A stretch of 64,000 nucleotides of DNA, taken from Planctomycetota bacterium. GTDB lineage: Bacteria; Planctomycetota; SZUA-567; H5-PLA8. The notes beneath the pieces are model-generated. The model made no database searches. It was not told where the DNA came from and saw only the letters and a list, made by a program, of their open reading frames with translations. This document shows, one piece after another, positions 51,801 through 62,488 of the stretch. The translations under genes and the position numbers were made by a program. Position 1 is the stretch's first letter; each line of letters opens with the position of its first letter. The stretch covers positions 1,223,316-1,287,315 of the forward strand of contig JAOSKN010000003.1 of NCBI GenBank assembly GCA_027493525.1, read 5' to 3'.

Positions 51801-52152
51801 CCGCAAGGTCCGCAAATGGAAGAAGCGCCGCGCCGAGCGCGAGGCGCTGAAGGAAGCCTCGCCCACGCAGCGCCGCATCCAGGATCTCAAGAGTATCCAC
51901 AAAAAGGCCCGGCGCACCTACGAGGCGGAGCCCTACGCCGGCGCGGTGACGCTCTACCACAACAGTTCCGACACGCGCGAGAAGACCTACATCGCGCACT
52001 GGCAGGCCGTCGCGCCGAACCTGGAATGCGTGGAGATCCGCGGCAGCCACGTCTCCATGTTCCAGGAGCCGCACATCCGCGACCTGGCCGCCGAGATGGC
52101 CCGGGGGATGGACCGCGTGGACGCGCAGGCCCTGGCCGGGCGGCGGTCATGA
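48869..52152 (+). CDS. E2 (lipoyl + acyltransferase)-ACP-sulfotransferase-thioesterase fusion; 1-nt shift in the C-run 50021-50025
   Basis: ETSKA lipoyl site; TFDHLLTEG; FFDLGGDSI; SPPRCGSTLLRVMLAGH, DKTP, RHPY, RYEDL; FCVHPAGG, GRCMG, GSHVSM. Confidence 0.85.
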
Positions 52153-52214
52153 ACGGCGCCGGCCGCGCGCCTCAACGCTCTGCCTTCTGGACGTGTCGAG
52201 GGAAATATGAGAAG

Positions 52215-52290
52215 TGGTGGAGCTGAGGGGATTTGAACCCCTGACCTCTGCATTGCGAACGCAGCGCTCTCCCAACTGAGCTACAGCCCC
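52215..52290 (-). tRNA. tRNA-Ala (anticodon CGC), CCA encoded
   Basis: GGGGCTGTAGCTCAGTTGGGAGAGCGCTGCGTTCGCAATGCAGAGGTCAGGGGTTCAAATCCCCTCAGCTCCACCA folds as a cloverleaf. Confidence 0.97.
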
Positions 52291-52381
52291 ACACTCCATG
52301 CGTCCCCGCGGCTTGCGCGGGGAGGCAAAGTATGACGCGAGGGCCGGCTTCCGTCAAAGGGAAGCGCGCGGCCTGGCGCGG

Positions 52382-55300
52382 CTACTTTTCGGCTTTAGGT
52401 TGGGGGCACATCCAGACCACGCCCGGCAGCGCGCGGTCGTCCTCGCCCGCCAGGCGGGCCGAGAAGCCCCAGCCGCCCTCGCCCTGGTTCACACGCACGA
52501 CCACGAGGTGTTCTCCGGCCTTCAGCGCCACCTGAACCTTATCCTCGTCGGGGGTGAGGCCGCGTTCGATCTCGTGGCGATGCACTTCCTGCCCGTCGAT
52601 CCAGACCACGATGCCGTCATCGCTGCCCAGCAGGAGCCGGCCGGCAACCTCCTTCTCGACCTTCACGAGGGCCGCGGCGTAGACATAGGCGTTCACGTTG
52701 GGGCTGAGCGCTTTGGCCAGGTCGATCGGGCCGAAGTCCGCGGGCTTAAAGAGCGTCCGCCAAGCCACGTCGCGCTCGCCGTCTTTGTACGTCGCGGCGA
52801 AATCGGGGCGGCCGTCCTTCGCGACCGTCTCCCACGCGCCGGCCTTCTCGTCCTGGAACGGCCCGAGGAAGAGCCAGTGCTTGAAATAGCCGCGCTCCTT
52901 CTCGAAGGCCAGCAGGGCCTCGCCGAGGCGCTTGCCTTCCTTCGATTCCGGGTCGAATACCGCGGCGAGCTCCTTCAACAGCGGCTCGCCGGCGGCAGCG
53001 GGCGCCTTGGCGGCGACGGCGTCGTGGAACTTTCGCAGTTCGCGCGCCACGGCGTCGGCCCGCCGTTCGCGCTTGACCGTCTCGACGAAATGCTTGAGCG
53101 CCTCGGCGCGCTCCTCGCCGCTCCATTGTTCCTTCGCCAGCAGCGCCGCGAAGCGCCGGTCGGCCAATTGGCGTTCAAAGACGTCCTTGAACGCGCCGGC
53201 GGCCTCGTCCCGCGCGCGGGCGGCCAGCCAGGCCTCGAACTCGGCGTCCTTCTTCAGTTCCTTGGCGAGGGCCTCGAGCTTCTCGACGAAGCGGTTGACG
53301 AGCGGGCCGCTGGGCGCGGCGGTCAGGAGTTCGGCCAGACGCTCCTGGAGCGCGGCGCAGTCCTTGGCGGCGAGCGCGAGGTCGGCGAGATGCCCGAGGG
53401 CCTGGCGCGCGTAGACGCGCGCGGCGTAGTCGGCCTGGGCTTCCGGTTTCGCGGCCAACCAGTGCTTGCGGGCGAGCTGGATCCCGCCTTCGCCCGGCTG
53501 AACGATTCCCGTTCCGGCGTAGGTCCGGACGCACTCGGATAGCAGCAGCCCCAGCGAAGGGCCGTCCGCCAGGGCCGGCGCGGGCGGCTCGGAGAGGAGC
53601 GACGAGATGGGCCTGTCGCCGCACCAGCGCGCGAGGCGCAACGCGGCCTGCCAGGCGGCCAGATCGCCCTTCGGCGGCAGGGTCACGGGGCCGCCCGGGG
53701 TGAGAAGCCGCTCGCCGGCCCGCACCAGCGGCTGCGCCTCGAGCTTGTACTCCTTGCGTTTGGCTTCCTTGGTCCGGAGGCAGCAGAGCGCGTCGCCGAC
53801 GATCATCAGCCGCCAGGGGAGCCAGAAGTTCTGCGCCGTGCGGAGCCGGAAGGCGCTGGCGAACGGCGTGCCCTTGGCGATCCGCGGGCCGTAGTAGCTG
53901 GGCGGCTGGAAGCTGGTGAGGAACGGCTCGGCGGTGGAGCCGAAATACCAGTAGGCCCCGCCCCACAGCGCGCGCCCGGCCAGGCTGTCCGGACTGACGA
54001 CGTCCGCCGCGGAACCGGAGTGGGTCACGTGAATCGCCACGGGGCCGCCGACGGGGAAGTCGTCGGAGTTCCCCCGCCCCCGCCGATGGACCAGTTCGTC
54101 GAGCCGCCGGAGCTGTTGATGGTCAGCAGGCCGTAGCGATTCCAGGGGCCGGTTCGGGCGCGGAAGGTCTCGATTACCGCGTCCTTGCCGTTCACGTGGT
54201 CCACGCGCAGGAGGCCTTTCCAGGCCGCTTCGGAGAAGTCCATGCGGTACTTGCCCCAGATCGTCTTGGGGTTCGTGCCGTAGGTGTTGAAGAGGAGCGC
54301 GTCCTGGGGCTGCAGGAAGAGCGAGCACATGGCCTGGTAGGCGCTGCGCGGGGCGTCGCCGAGGAGGCGCGTGGCGACGGCCAGGCGGGTGTGGTCGCCG
54401 GGGTCGCGTCCGAGGGTGTCCTCGAGCGCGTGCGTGCCGCCCCAGCGCTCGTAGACCTCGCCCGAATAGCGGTAGGGGTACGCGCCGGCGAGGGTCACGG
54501 CGGCCCAGCGGTCCTCGCGCGGGAGCCCGATGGCATTGAGGCCCTGGAGCACGCGCGCGGCCAGGTCCCAGGCCTGCGCCGCGCTGAGGAAGTCGTTGGG
54601 CTGCGCGGTGCGCTTCTGGTCGCCGGAACCGATCTCGGGCACGGGAACGATCTCGAAGCCCTGAAAGCGCCCGGCGGCCAGCGCCAGCCCGCCGGCGGTC
54701 TCGCCCGAGACGCCGTCGCTCACCACGAGGCCCAGCGGCTCGCTTTCGACGCGGGCGAGGCGTTCGCGCAGGTCCTCGACGCCGACGCGGGCGGGGACTT
54801 TCCCGTCGTCGCGCTCCCAGGCGGCGGCCACGGTGCGCCGCAGCAGGTCGGGCTCCAGCGCGTCGCCGGCCCCCCGCCCTTCGGCGGGCGGGACGACGAG
54901 CACCTGCCGGGGCTTGAAGGCGGCGGCGAAGCGCGGCGCGTATTCGTCGTCCTGGAAGAGCACGGGGAAGAACTCGCCGTCGCTCCAGGCCGCGAGCGCG
55001 TTGGCGTAGGCGTCCATGTCGGGCACGAGGACCAGCACGTCGCGGATCGTGCGCTTGGCCCATTTGGAACGGTTGGGTCCGTTGCGCCCGTCGGCCGCGT
55101 CGCGCATGGCCCGCGCGGCGCGGTAGAGCGTCACCGACTCGCCGGCGGAGGAGGCCTTCTCGGCCTCGCGATAATACTCGTCGGCCTCCTTCTCGGCGCC
55201 CGCCGCGAAGGCCCAGTCGGCCAGATCGAGGAAGGTATCGGCGACGTTTCGCCCGAGCGGGGCCTCCCTCGTGAGCCGCGCGGCCCAGGCCCGGCAGGCC

Positions 55301-56415
55301 TCGTCCTGCTCCAGCAGCAGCGCGGCGTAGGCCACGAGGCCCGTCGCGCGCAGCAATTCCTCCAGCGACATCTCGCGCGCGATCAGCTTGTCGAGAAGTT
55401 CCTTGAGCGGCGCGTCGTTCTTGGCGTCGCGCTCTCCGCCGCGCAGGAGCGAGCGCAGGGCGGCGAGCTGGACTTTGAGGTCGGCGGGGCGGGCCTGGGC
55501 GAGCGCGGCGTTGCGCTTCTGGGCCTCCTGCCCCAGGGCCTGCATCGCGGCGCGCAGGACGGCGGGCAGGGGCGCGGCGGCCTGCTGAACGGCGGCGAAA
55601 GCCTCGTCGGTGTCCGGCGCGGCGGCGTACTTGACGGCGGCCTCGTGCGCGGCGGCAAGCGCCTTGCGAGCCGGCTCGGGCCAGCTTCCGGAGAGGCTCA
55701 CGAACTCGCGCAGCGCCGGCTCCAGCGCCGAAGCGGGCGGCGCGTCGGCGCGCTTGGCCTGCGCGAGCTTTTCCAGGAGCTGCACGAGCCGCGCGGCGCG
55801 CGCGGCCTGGTGCGCGGGGGCCTCGGCGGCGAGTTCCTCCAGGCGCGCGGCGAGGGCCGGCTCCTTGCCGGCCAGCGGCGCGAGCAGCGCGGCGGCCTCG
55901 TCCGAGCGGCCCATCTGCTCCAGGACCGCCAGGGCATGCGCGCGGCGGGCCGCGTCGGCGGGATCGGCCTTCACGGCGTCGCGCAGCGCGGCATACGGGA
56001 GCGGCCACTTGAGGATCCCATCGAGCAGGTCGGCCATCTTGGCCTTGAGCAACGGGACTTCGGAGACGGCGATGGTCTCGCCCTTGGGCGTGAGAAACAG
56101 AAACCCGTCCTGCGGCGCGCCGGCAAACGGCGCGAGGTCTTTCTCGCCCGACCAGACCTTCACGGCATGGAAGCGCGCCAGGCGCTCCTTGAAGCCGGTG
56201 GGTTCGTCGAGCCAGTGGCCGGCGTCGAGGCTCGCGACGTCCCAGTCGCGGCGCACGAGGACCAGGACGGGCTTGCCGTCGCGGGCGGCGGCCTTGAGCG
56301 CGGCCTCGAGCGGCCGCTCCTCGCCGCCCCGGGCGGCGCCGGCCAGCAAGAGGATCAGGAAGGCCGCGGCGGAAACGAACGCGCGGCTCGTCGAAGCAAT
56401 GGCTCGGCTGGACAT
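52382..56415 (-). CDS. Large secreted multidomain protein (thioredoxin-like, helical, alpha/beta, C-terminal beta-sandwich), frameshifted at ~54073
   Basis: Signal peptide; AARDGKPVLVLV; C-terminal WLFLGPF...LLLGSDDGIVVWIDGQEV. ORFs 54025..56601 and 52382..56485 join at a G-run. Confidence 0.7.
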
Positions 56416-56593
56416 GTAAACGCGGGGCTCCTTGCGCATCGCCGGGGGTCCGGGCGGATCGGGACGCGACAGTATCCCCATGCAAGGCGACGCCTGCCAG
56501 CGCCTTTCATTCGCTTCGGAGGGTCGAATTCCATCGACGCTCCCGCCCTCGCGGGGTATGAAGGCGGGACCGAACCGTCCCCTGGAGCCACGC

Positions 56594-59500
56594 ATGCGCA
56601 AGAACCCGACGCTTCCGCTGGTGTTCGCGAGCCTCCTGCTTGGGCTTTACGCCCCCGGCGCGAGCGCGGCGGACGACGCGCTGGAGCTATTCGCCGGCAC
56701 CGACGGGCGCACGCAGGTCCAAACCGGCGGCAGGACGCTCGGCGCGCTGGACGTGGCCTGCTTCGACAAGGCCTGGCGCGGCGCGGGCGCGCTGGCCGAG
56801 AAAGGCGACGGGCCGGACGAGCAGACGCACCTGATCCGCATGCGCACGCCCTTTGGCGCGGTCTTCAAGGGTTCGATTCGCATGGCCGCCGAAGGCGAAG
56901 CCGCCGCGGCGTCGCTGAAGCTGACCCCGGACAAGCCCGCCGAACTGAACAGCCTGCATATCGCCGGGGAATTCCCCGTCGCGAACTGCCTGGGCGGATC
57001 GTGGAAGACCGATTCGGCCGAGGGCGCGTTCCCCGAGAACCTCGACCCCGACAAGATCCACCTCTTCGGCAACAAGGCGAAGTTCCTGGAGCTGACGCTC
57101 GCCGGCGGCGCGAACGTGCGCTTCGAATTCCCGCAGCCGACGAGCGTGCTGATCCAGGACAACCGCAAATGGTCGCGCGATTTCGTGATCCGCCTGATCC
57201 TCGCGGGCGAAGGCGACAACGGGCAGACCTACCAGGCCGGGAAGGAATACGAACTGGCCTTCCGCATCGCGTCCCGGGGCGGCGTGAAGCTGACCCACGA
57301 CAAGCCCCTCGTCCTCGTCGCGAACGAGGAATGGAAGCCGCTGAAGACCGACCTGCGGATCGAACCCGGCAGCGCGCTGGACTTCTCGGAGCTGGGTTTC
57401 CTCGACGCGCCCGCGGGGAAGCACGGCTGGATTCAAACGAACGCCCAGGGGCAATTCGTCTTCGAGAAGCGGCCCGACAAGCCCGTCCGGTTCTACGGCG
57501 TGAATTTCTGCTTCAGCGCCAACTACATGACGCACGAACAGAGCGACGAACTGGCCGAGCGTCTCGCGCGTCTGGGCTACAACGCGATCCGCATCCACCA
57601 CTACGAGGGCGAACTGTGCCAGGGCCAGCCGCTCTCGACGACGTTCAACCCGGAGAAGCTCGACCAGCTCGACTACCTGCTGGCCGCGTGCTTCAAGCGC
57701 GGGATCTACGCGACCACCGACCTGTACGTCTCGCGCCCGATCAAGAAGTCCGAGCTGGGGCTGCCGGGCGACGGGAACGAGGGGCGCTTCAAGGAGCTGG
57801 CGCACATCCACGGCGGCGCGTTCGCCAACTGGAAGCTCTTCTCGAAGAACCTGCTCGAGCACGTCAACCCGTACACGCGGCGGAGCTGGGCGGAAGAGCC
57901 GGGGCTCGCCTGGATCTGCATGCTCAACGAAGACAACCTGGCCAACCACATCAACACGCTGCTCGAGATTCCCGAGTGGGTCCGGGCGTGGAACGCGTGG
58001 CTCGCCGCCCGGTACGAGACGCGCGAGAAGCTCAACGCGGCCTGGGAGGGGAAGCTCAAGGACGGCCAGGACCCCGCGCAGGGGAACGTCGAAATGCTCG
58101 GCAACATCCACAGCCGCGGCGACCCGCGCCAGAAGCGATCTCGCGGTCCTCCTCGCCGAATCCAGCCGCCGCAGCTTCGAGCGCATGAAGCAGTACGTGC
58201 GCGACGAGCTGGGCTGCAAGGCGCTGTTGACCGACTTCAACGGCTGGACCAACCTGGGCGTCGACGCGTGGATGCGCGAGCCCTTCGACTACGTGGACGA
58301 CCACTTCTACATCGATCACCCGCAGTTCATCGAGCAGGCCTGGCGACTGCCCAGCCGCTGCCCGAACACCAGCCCCATCGCCGGCGGGGCGCACGGCGGT
58401 CGCGGCAACGCCTTCGTGCGGCTCTTCGACAAGCCGTTCACGATCACCGAGTACAACTACTCCGGACCGGGGCGCTTCCGCGGCGTCGGCGGGATCCTCA
58501 CCGGCGCGCTCGGCGCGCTGCAGGACTGGGGCGCGCTCTGGCGCTTCGCGTACTCGCATAACCGCAATCACATCTTCACGCCGTATCGGATGGACTATTT
58601 CAACATGTGCGGGGATCCGCTGAGCCAGGCCGCCGAGCGCGCGGCGCTGCTGCTGTACCTCCGCGGCGACATGCAGCCGGCCCCGCACCGGCTCGCGATC
58701 GCGCTCACGCCGGAGGACGCGCAGCGGCCCGGCCGCTCCGTGCCGGGGCCGCGCCGCGTTGGGATTGGGCGGCCTGGCTCACGCGCGTGGGCTACGACTG
58801 CGTCGCCGACCCGGCGGCGAAGCTGGAATACGACCTCGTCCTGCCCGTGGGCTGGGCGACGAAGCCCGAGGCTTTCGCCGGCGCGAACCTCGCCGCGGGC
58901 CAGGGCGCCTACGAAATCGAAGACGACGCGCTGCTCGCCGCGTTGAAGGAGAAGATCCTTCCCAAAGGGAATCGCAGCGATCCGAAGCGCAACGTCCTGG
59001 AGAGCGAGACCGGAGAACTCTTCATCGACGGCGCCAACGACGTGATGGTCCTCGATACCCCCCGCACCGCCGGCGGCTACGCTCCGGACGGGAAGGCCGT
59101 GGAGGCCCCGCGCGGCGGCGTGCGGGCCGTGATGGCCGGAAGCGACGCGACGGTCTGGGTCAGCGCGTTGGACGACCGGCCGATCACGTCCAGCAAGCGG
59201 CTGCTCGTCACGCACCTGACCGACCTGCAGAACACTGAGATTCGCTACGGCGAGCGGGCACGGCAGACGCTCCTGGAATGGGGCAAACTGCCGCACCTGG
59301 TCCGCGCGGGCCGGGCCGAGGTCCGCGTCAAGCTCGACGAACCCGGCGCGTACAAGGTCTGGTCGCTCGCGACGAACGGGAAGCGCGTGGCGGAATTGAA
59401 GCCCGAGGTCAAGGACGGGGCGCTGGTCTTTACGGCCGACGTGGCCGCCGGCGGCGAGGAGGAAGGCGCGCGGATGCTTTACGAGATCGCGCGGGAGTAG
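56594..59500 (+). CDS. Secreted clan GH-A-like glycoside hydrolase; two frameshifts (~58135, ~58746)
   Basis: VRFYGVN, GYNAIRIHH, MLNED, DDHFYIDHP and ITEYN motifs across three consecutive ORFs. Confidence 0.78.
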
Positions 59501-59576
59501 TCCTCTCAATTGGCTTCTGTTCGGCCCTCAAGAATGCCGATAACCGGAAGGTATCGGAACTCGCGAGGGCCCGGCG

Positions 59577-60773
59577 GTGTTCGACTGGATCGACCCCTAT
59601 CTGGATCAATACCTGGGCTACCAGGCCCGGCACCCGCAGCTTACGGCCCTGATCTGGGCCGGCGTCTGGCTTCTGGCGCTGCTCCTGGGCCTGCTGCTCG
59701 CCAAGCTGTTCTTCACACGCCTCGCCCGCGGGGTCGCGGACATGGCTTGGGCGCGGGAGGGCGTCCGCTACAAGACCTGGGAGATCCTCCCGGCCGACGC
59801 GGCCCGGCAGCGCATCGAAGCCGCGTTCCGCTTCCTCTTCGTGCTCCTGCGCCTCTTCCTGCTGGCCGCCTACGCGGTGGTGGTGCTGAACCTCTTTCCG
59901 CAGACCGAACGCGCCGGGTGGGCGATGGCCGAGGCGCTCGGGCAGCGGCTCTACGCGCTCCTGCTCGACGTCCTGCTCTACATCCCGAGCTTGGTCTACA
60001 TCGCGGCGGTGGTCTGGCTGACCGCGCACGCGATCCGGCTGCTCAAGGCGTTCATGCAGCAGATCGAGGAGCAGAAGCTCGCGTTTCGCATGTTCCCGCC
60101 GGAATACGCCGCCCCGACGCGGCAGATCGCGACCTTCTTCATCGTCGTCTTCGCGATGGTCGTCGTCGCGCCGTACCTGCCCGGGAGCGGCTCCAACGCC
60201 TTCCAGGCGGTGACGCTCTTCATCGGCGTGCTGGTCTCGCTGGGTTCGTCCACGGCCGTCGCGAACCTGATCGCGTCGTTCGTGCTCCAGTACATGCGCG
60301 CCTTCCGCGTCGGCGACACGGTGGAGGTCGGCGCGCATGTCGGCAGGATCCTGCAGGTGGACCTTTTCTCCACGCGCATCCTGACCCTGGCCAACGAGGA
60401 AGTCGCGATCCCCAACAGCCTGGTCCTGACCAGCGCGATGAAGAACTACTCCCGGTCCGAGCACGTCGCCGTGCGGGGCGCGGTAAGCATCGGCTACGAC
60501 GTGCCAGGAACGAAGGTTCACGCGGCGCTGCTGGAGGCCGCCAAGCGCGACGCGGAGATTCTCGCCGACCCCGCGCCCTTCGTCGTCCAGAAGTCGCTCG
60601 ACGATTACTACGTCAGCTACGAACTCTTCGCCTACACGAAGGAGGTTGCGCGCCTGCCGCGGGTCCGCAGCAAGCTCCACGAGACGATCCGGGAGACATT
60701 CGACGAGGCCGGGATCGAGATTCTGTCGCCGGCGTTCACGGAGCTGCGCGGAAAGGTGGCGGTGGGGGCGTGA
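59577..60773 (+). CDS. MscS-family mechanosensitive channel
   Basis: ANLIAS, FRVGDTV, TRILT...IPNS, NYS, VSIGYD and AGIEILSP motifs. Confidence 0.92.
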   Translation: MFDWIDPYLDQYLGYQARHPQLTALIWAGVWLLALLLGLLLAKLFFTRLARGVADMAWAREGVRYKTWEILPADAARQRIEAAFRFLFVLLRLFLLAAYAVVVLNLFPQTERAGWAMAEALGQRLYALLLDVLLYIPSLVYIAAVVWLTAHAIRLLKAFMQQIEEQKLAFRMFPPEYAAPTRQIATFFIVVFAMVVVAPYLPGSGSNAFQAVTLFIGVLVSLGSSTAVANLIASFVLQYMRAFRVGDTVEVGAHVGRILQVDLFSTRILTLANEEVAIPNSLVLTSAMKNYSRSEHVAVRGAVSIGYDVPGTKVHAALLEAAKRDAEILADPAPFVVQKSLDDYYVSYELFAYTKEVARLPRVRSKLHETIRETFDEAGIEILSPAFTELRGKVAVGA

Positions 60774-60988
60774 CGATTGGGGATTTACGAGTTGGGATGT
60801 TGGATTGAATGCGGCACGGCCGCGAGCGCGTCGAGGCGCGGCGTATCGCCCACCCGCCCGCCGTAGCAGCCGAGCGACCAGCAGCTCTGCTGGTCGGTGT
60901 GGACGATCAGGAGGTTGGGCCGGCTTGGCATCGACAGCAACTCCTTCGGTGACGACAGGAATACAACGAACGTAGCGCTGCCGCAGCC

Positions 60989-62362
60989 TCAATCAAAATA
61001 CCGGAACCACCCCTCCCCCTTCGCCAATTTCTGCAACATCACCGCAAGTTCCATCGCGTGGTAGTCGCCCCACAGGCTCGACTCGCCGTACGGCGCGCGG
61101 CCGCGTTCAGGACGGTAGTCCCAGCCGCGGGGCTGGTGGTAGATGCTGTGCAGGAGCAGGCCCTGGTGCTTGGGGTCCTCGCTGAGGTACGGCGGGCAGA
61201 GCAGCGTGTGCGCCATCGTCAGGCCGGCCTGGGTGTAGCGCGCCGCGAGCTTGCGGTTCTTCCGCGCGCGGAAGTACGCGCCCAGGCGTAAATAACCCTG
61301 CGCGGCGATGGCGGCCGCCGAGCTGTCCACGGGCTCGTAGGGGTTGCGCGGCTGCGAGGGCTGGTCGTAGAGCTTGGGCAGATGGACGAGCCCCGGCGCG
61401 CCGGTGTCCCACATGGGGATCCCGTCGGCGCAGGTATGCGCGATCAGGAAATCGGCCGTCGCGCGCGCGGCGCGTTCGACGCGCTTGATGAGGCCGCCTC
61501 GTTCGACCAGGCCCTTGAACTCGCGCTCGGGCAGCGTGGGCAGGAACTCGAGCTGCTCCGCGCAACCGGTCAGAATCCACGCCAGCCCGCGCGTCCAGGT
61601 GCTGAAGGGGCTGTAGCCCTGCTGCGTGCTGGGGCAGCGGTACTGCCCGTCGGCCGGGTTGAAGATCGACTCGTGGACCACCCGCCCGCGCACGTCCCAA
61701 CTGTCGCGCCCGCGGCCGTAGTAGACGTTGTACTTCAGCGTGTTCTCGAGGTGCTCGACGAAGCGGCGCAGCAGCGAGATCTTCGCGTCGTTCTCGCCCA
61801 TCAGCGCGTGCCCGAAGACGTGCGCGAGCGCCAAGACGCGCAGGCTGCGGATCGTGTCGCTGAAGAGCGACTGCGGGCCGTTGAAGCTGTGGATGAAGCC
61901 GGTCCCGTCGGCGGTGCGCGTCCAGCGCGCGGCCTGCACCGCGCCGCTGACCTTCAGCGCCAGTTCGAGGCACGCGCGCAACCCGGCGTCCTCCTTGATC
62001 CGCCCCGCGTTCATCAGCCGGCGCAGGTTCCCGTACGTCGAGACGTTGTTGAAGCCGTGGTCGTGGACGCCGACGTGGCTGACGTGGACGGCCATCCGTT
62101 CGAGCGTGTTCTTAAGACCCAGCTTCAGGAAGGCCTGGTCGCCGGTGGCCTCGAACTGGAGGATCTGGCAGCCGTATTGGAAGCCCTGGGTCCATTCGGT
62201 CCAGCCGCGCGTGGCGTAGCGGCCCTTTACCGTGAAGACCGGCGTGCCCTTGGCGGGGTCCCAGGTCTTCTCGAGGTTCTTGATCTTCCGCCCGCTCAGG
62301 GCGAAGAAGCGCTTCAGGAGCGGCTGAAAGGACTTCGGCTTCAGTTCGTAGTCGATGCGCAT
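60989..62362 (-). CDS. GH88-like unsaturated glucuronyl hydrolase
   Basis: HDHGF, QQGYS...WTRGLAW, DSSAAAIAA and WGDYH motifs. Confidence 0.85.
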   Translation of the reverse strand: MRIDYELKPKSFQPLLKRFFALSGRKIKNLEKTWDPAKGTPVFTVKGRYATRGWTEWTQGFQYGCQILQFEATGDQAFLKLGLKNTLERMAVHVSHVGVHDHGFNNVSTYGNLRRLMNAGRIKEDAGLRACLELALKVSGAVQAARWTRTADGTGFIHSFNGPQSLFSDTIRSLRVLALAHVFGHALMGENDAKISLLRRFVEHLENTLKYNVYYGRGRDSWDVRGRVVHESIFNPADGQYRCPSTQQGYSPFSTWTRGLAWILTGCAEQLEFLPTLPEREFKGLVERGGLIKRVERAARATADFLIAHTCADGIPMWDTGAPGLVHLPKLYDQPSQPRNPYEPVDSSAAAIAAQGYLRLGAYFRARKNRKLAARYTQAGLTMAHTLLCPPYLSEDPKHQGLLLHSIYHQPRGWDYRPERGRAPYGESSLWGDYHAMELAVMLQKLAKGEGWFRYFD

Positions 62363-62488
62363 GGCGCCTCCCTCGGTCCGGGCGGTCGTTCGTTCAATGA
62401 GCGCAGGGAACGAAACCGGGTATACTCAAGGTTCGGCGTTCGGCAACTCGCCCGGGCCGAATGGGGCGTAAAGAAGCCGCGAAGGGCC

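Noticed and set aside
46918-52290. Genomic island integrated at tRNA-Ala carrying the E1/E2-ST-TE genes
   Set aside because: I found no duplicated tRNA 3' end, no integrase and no GC shift.
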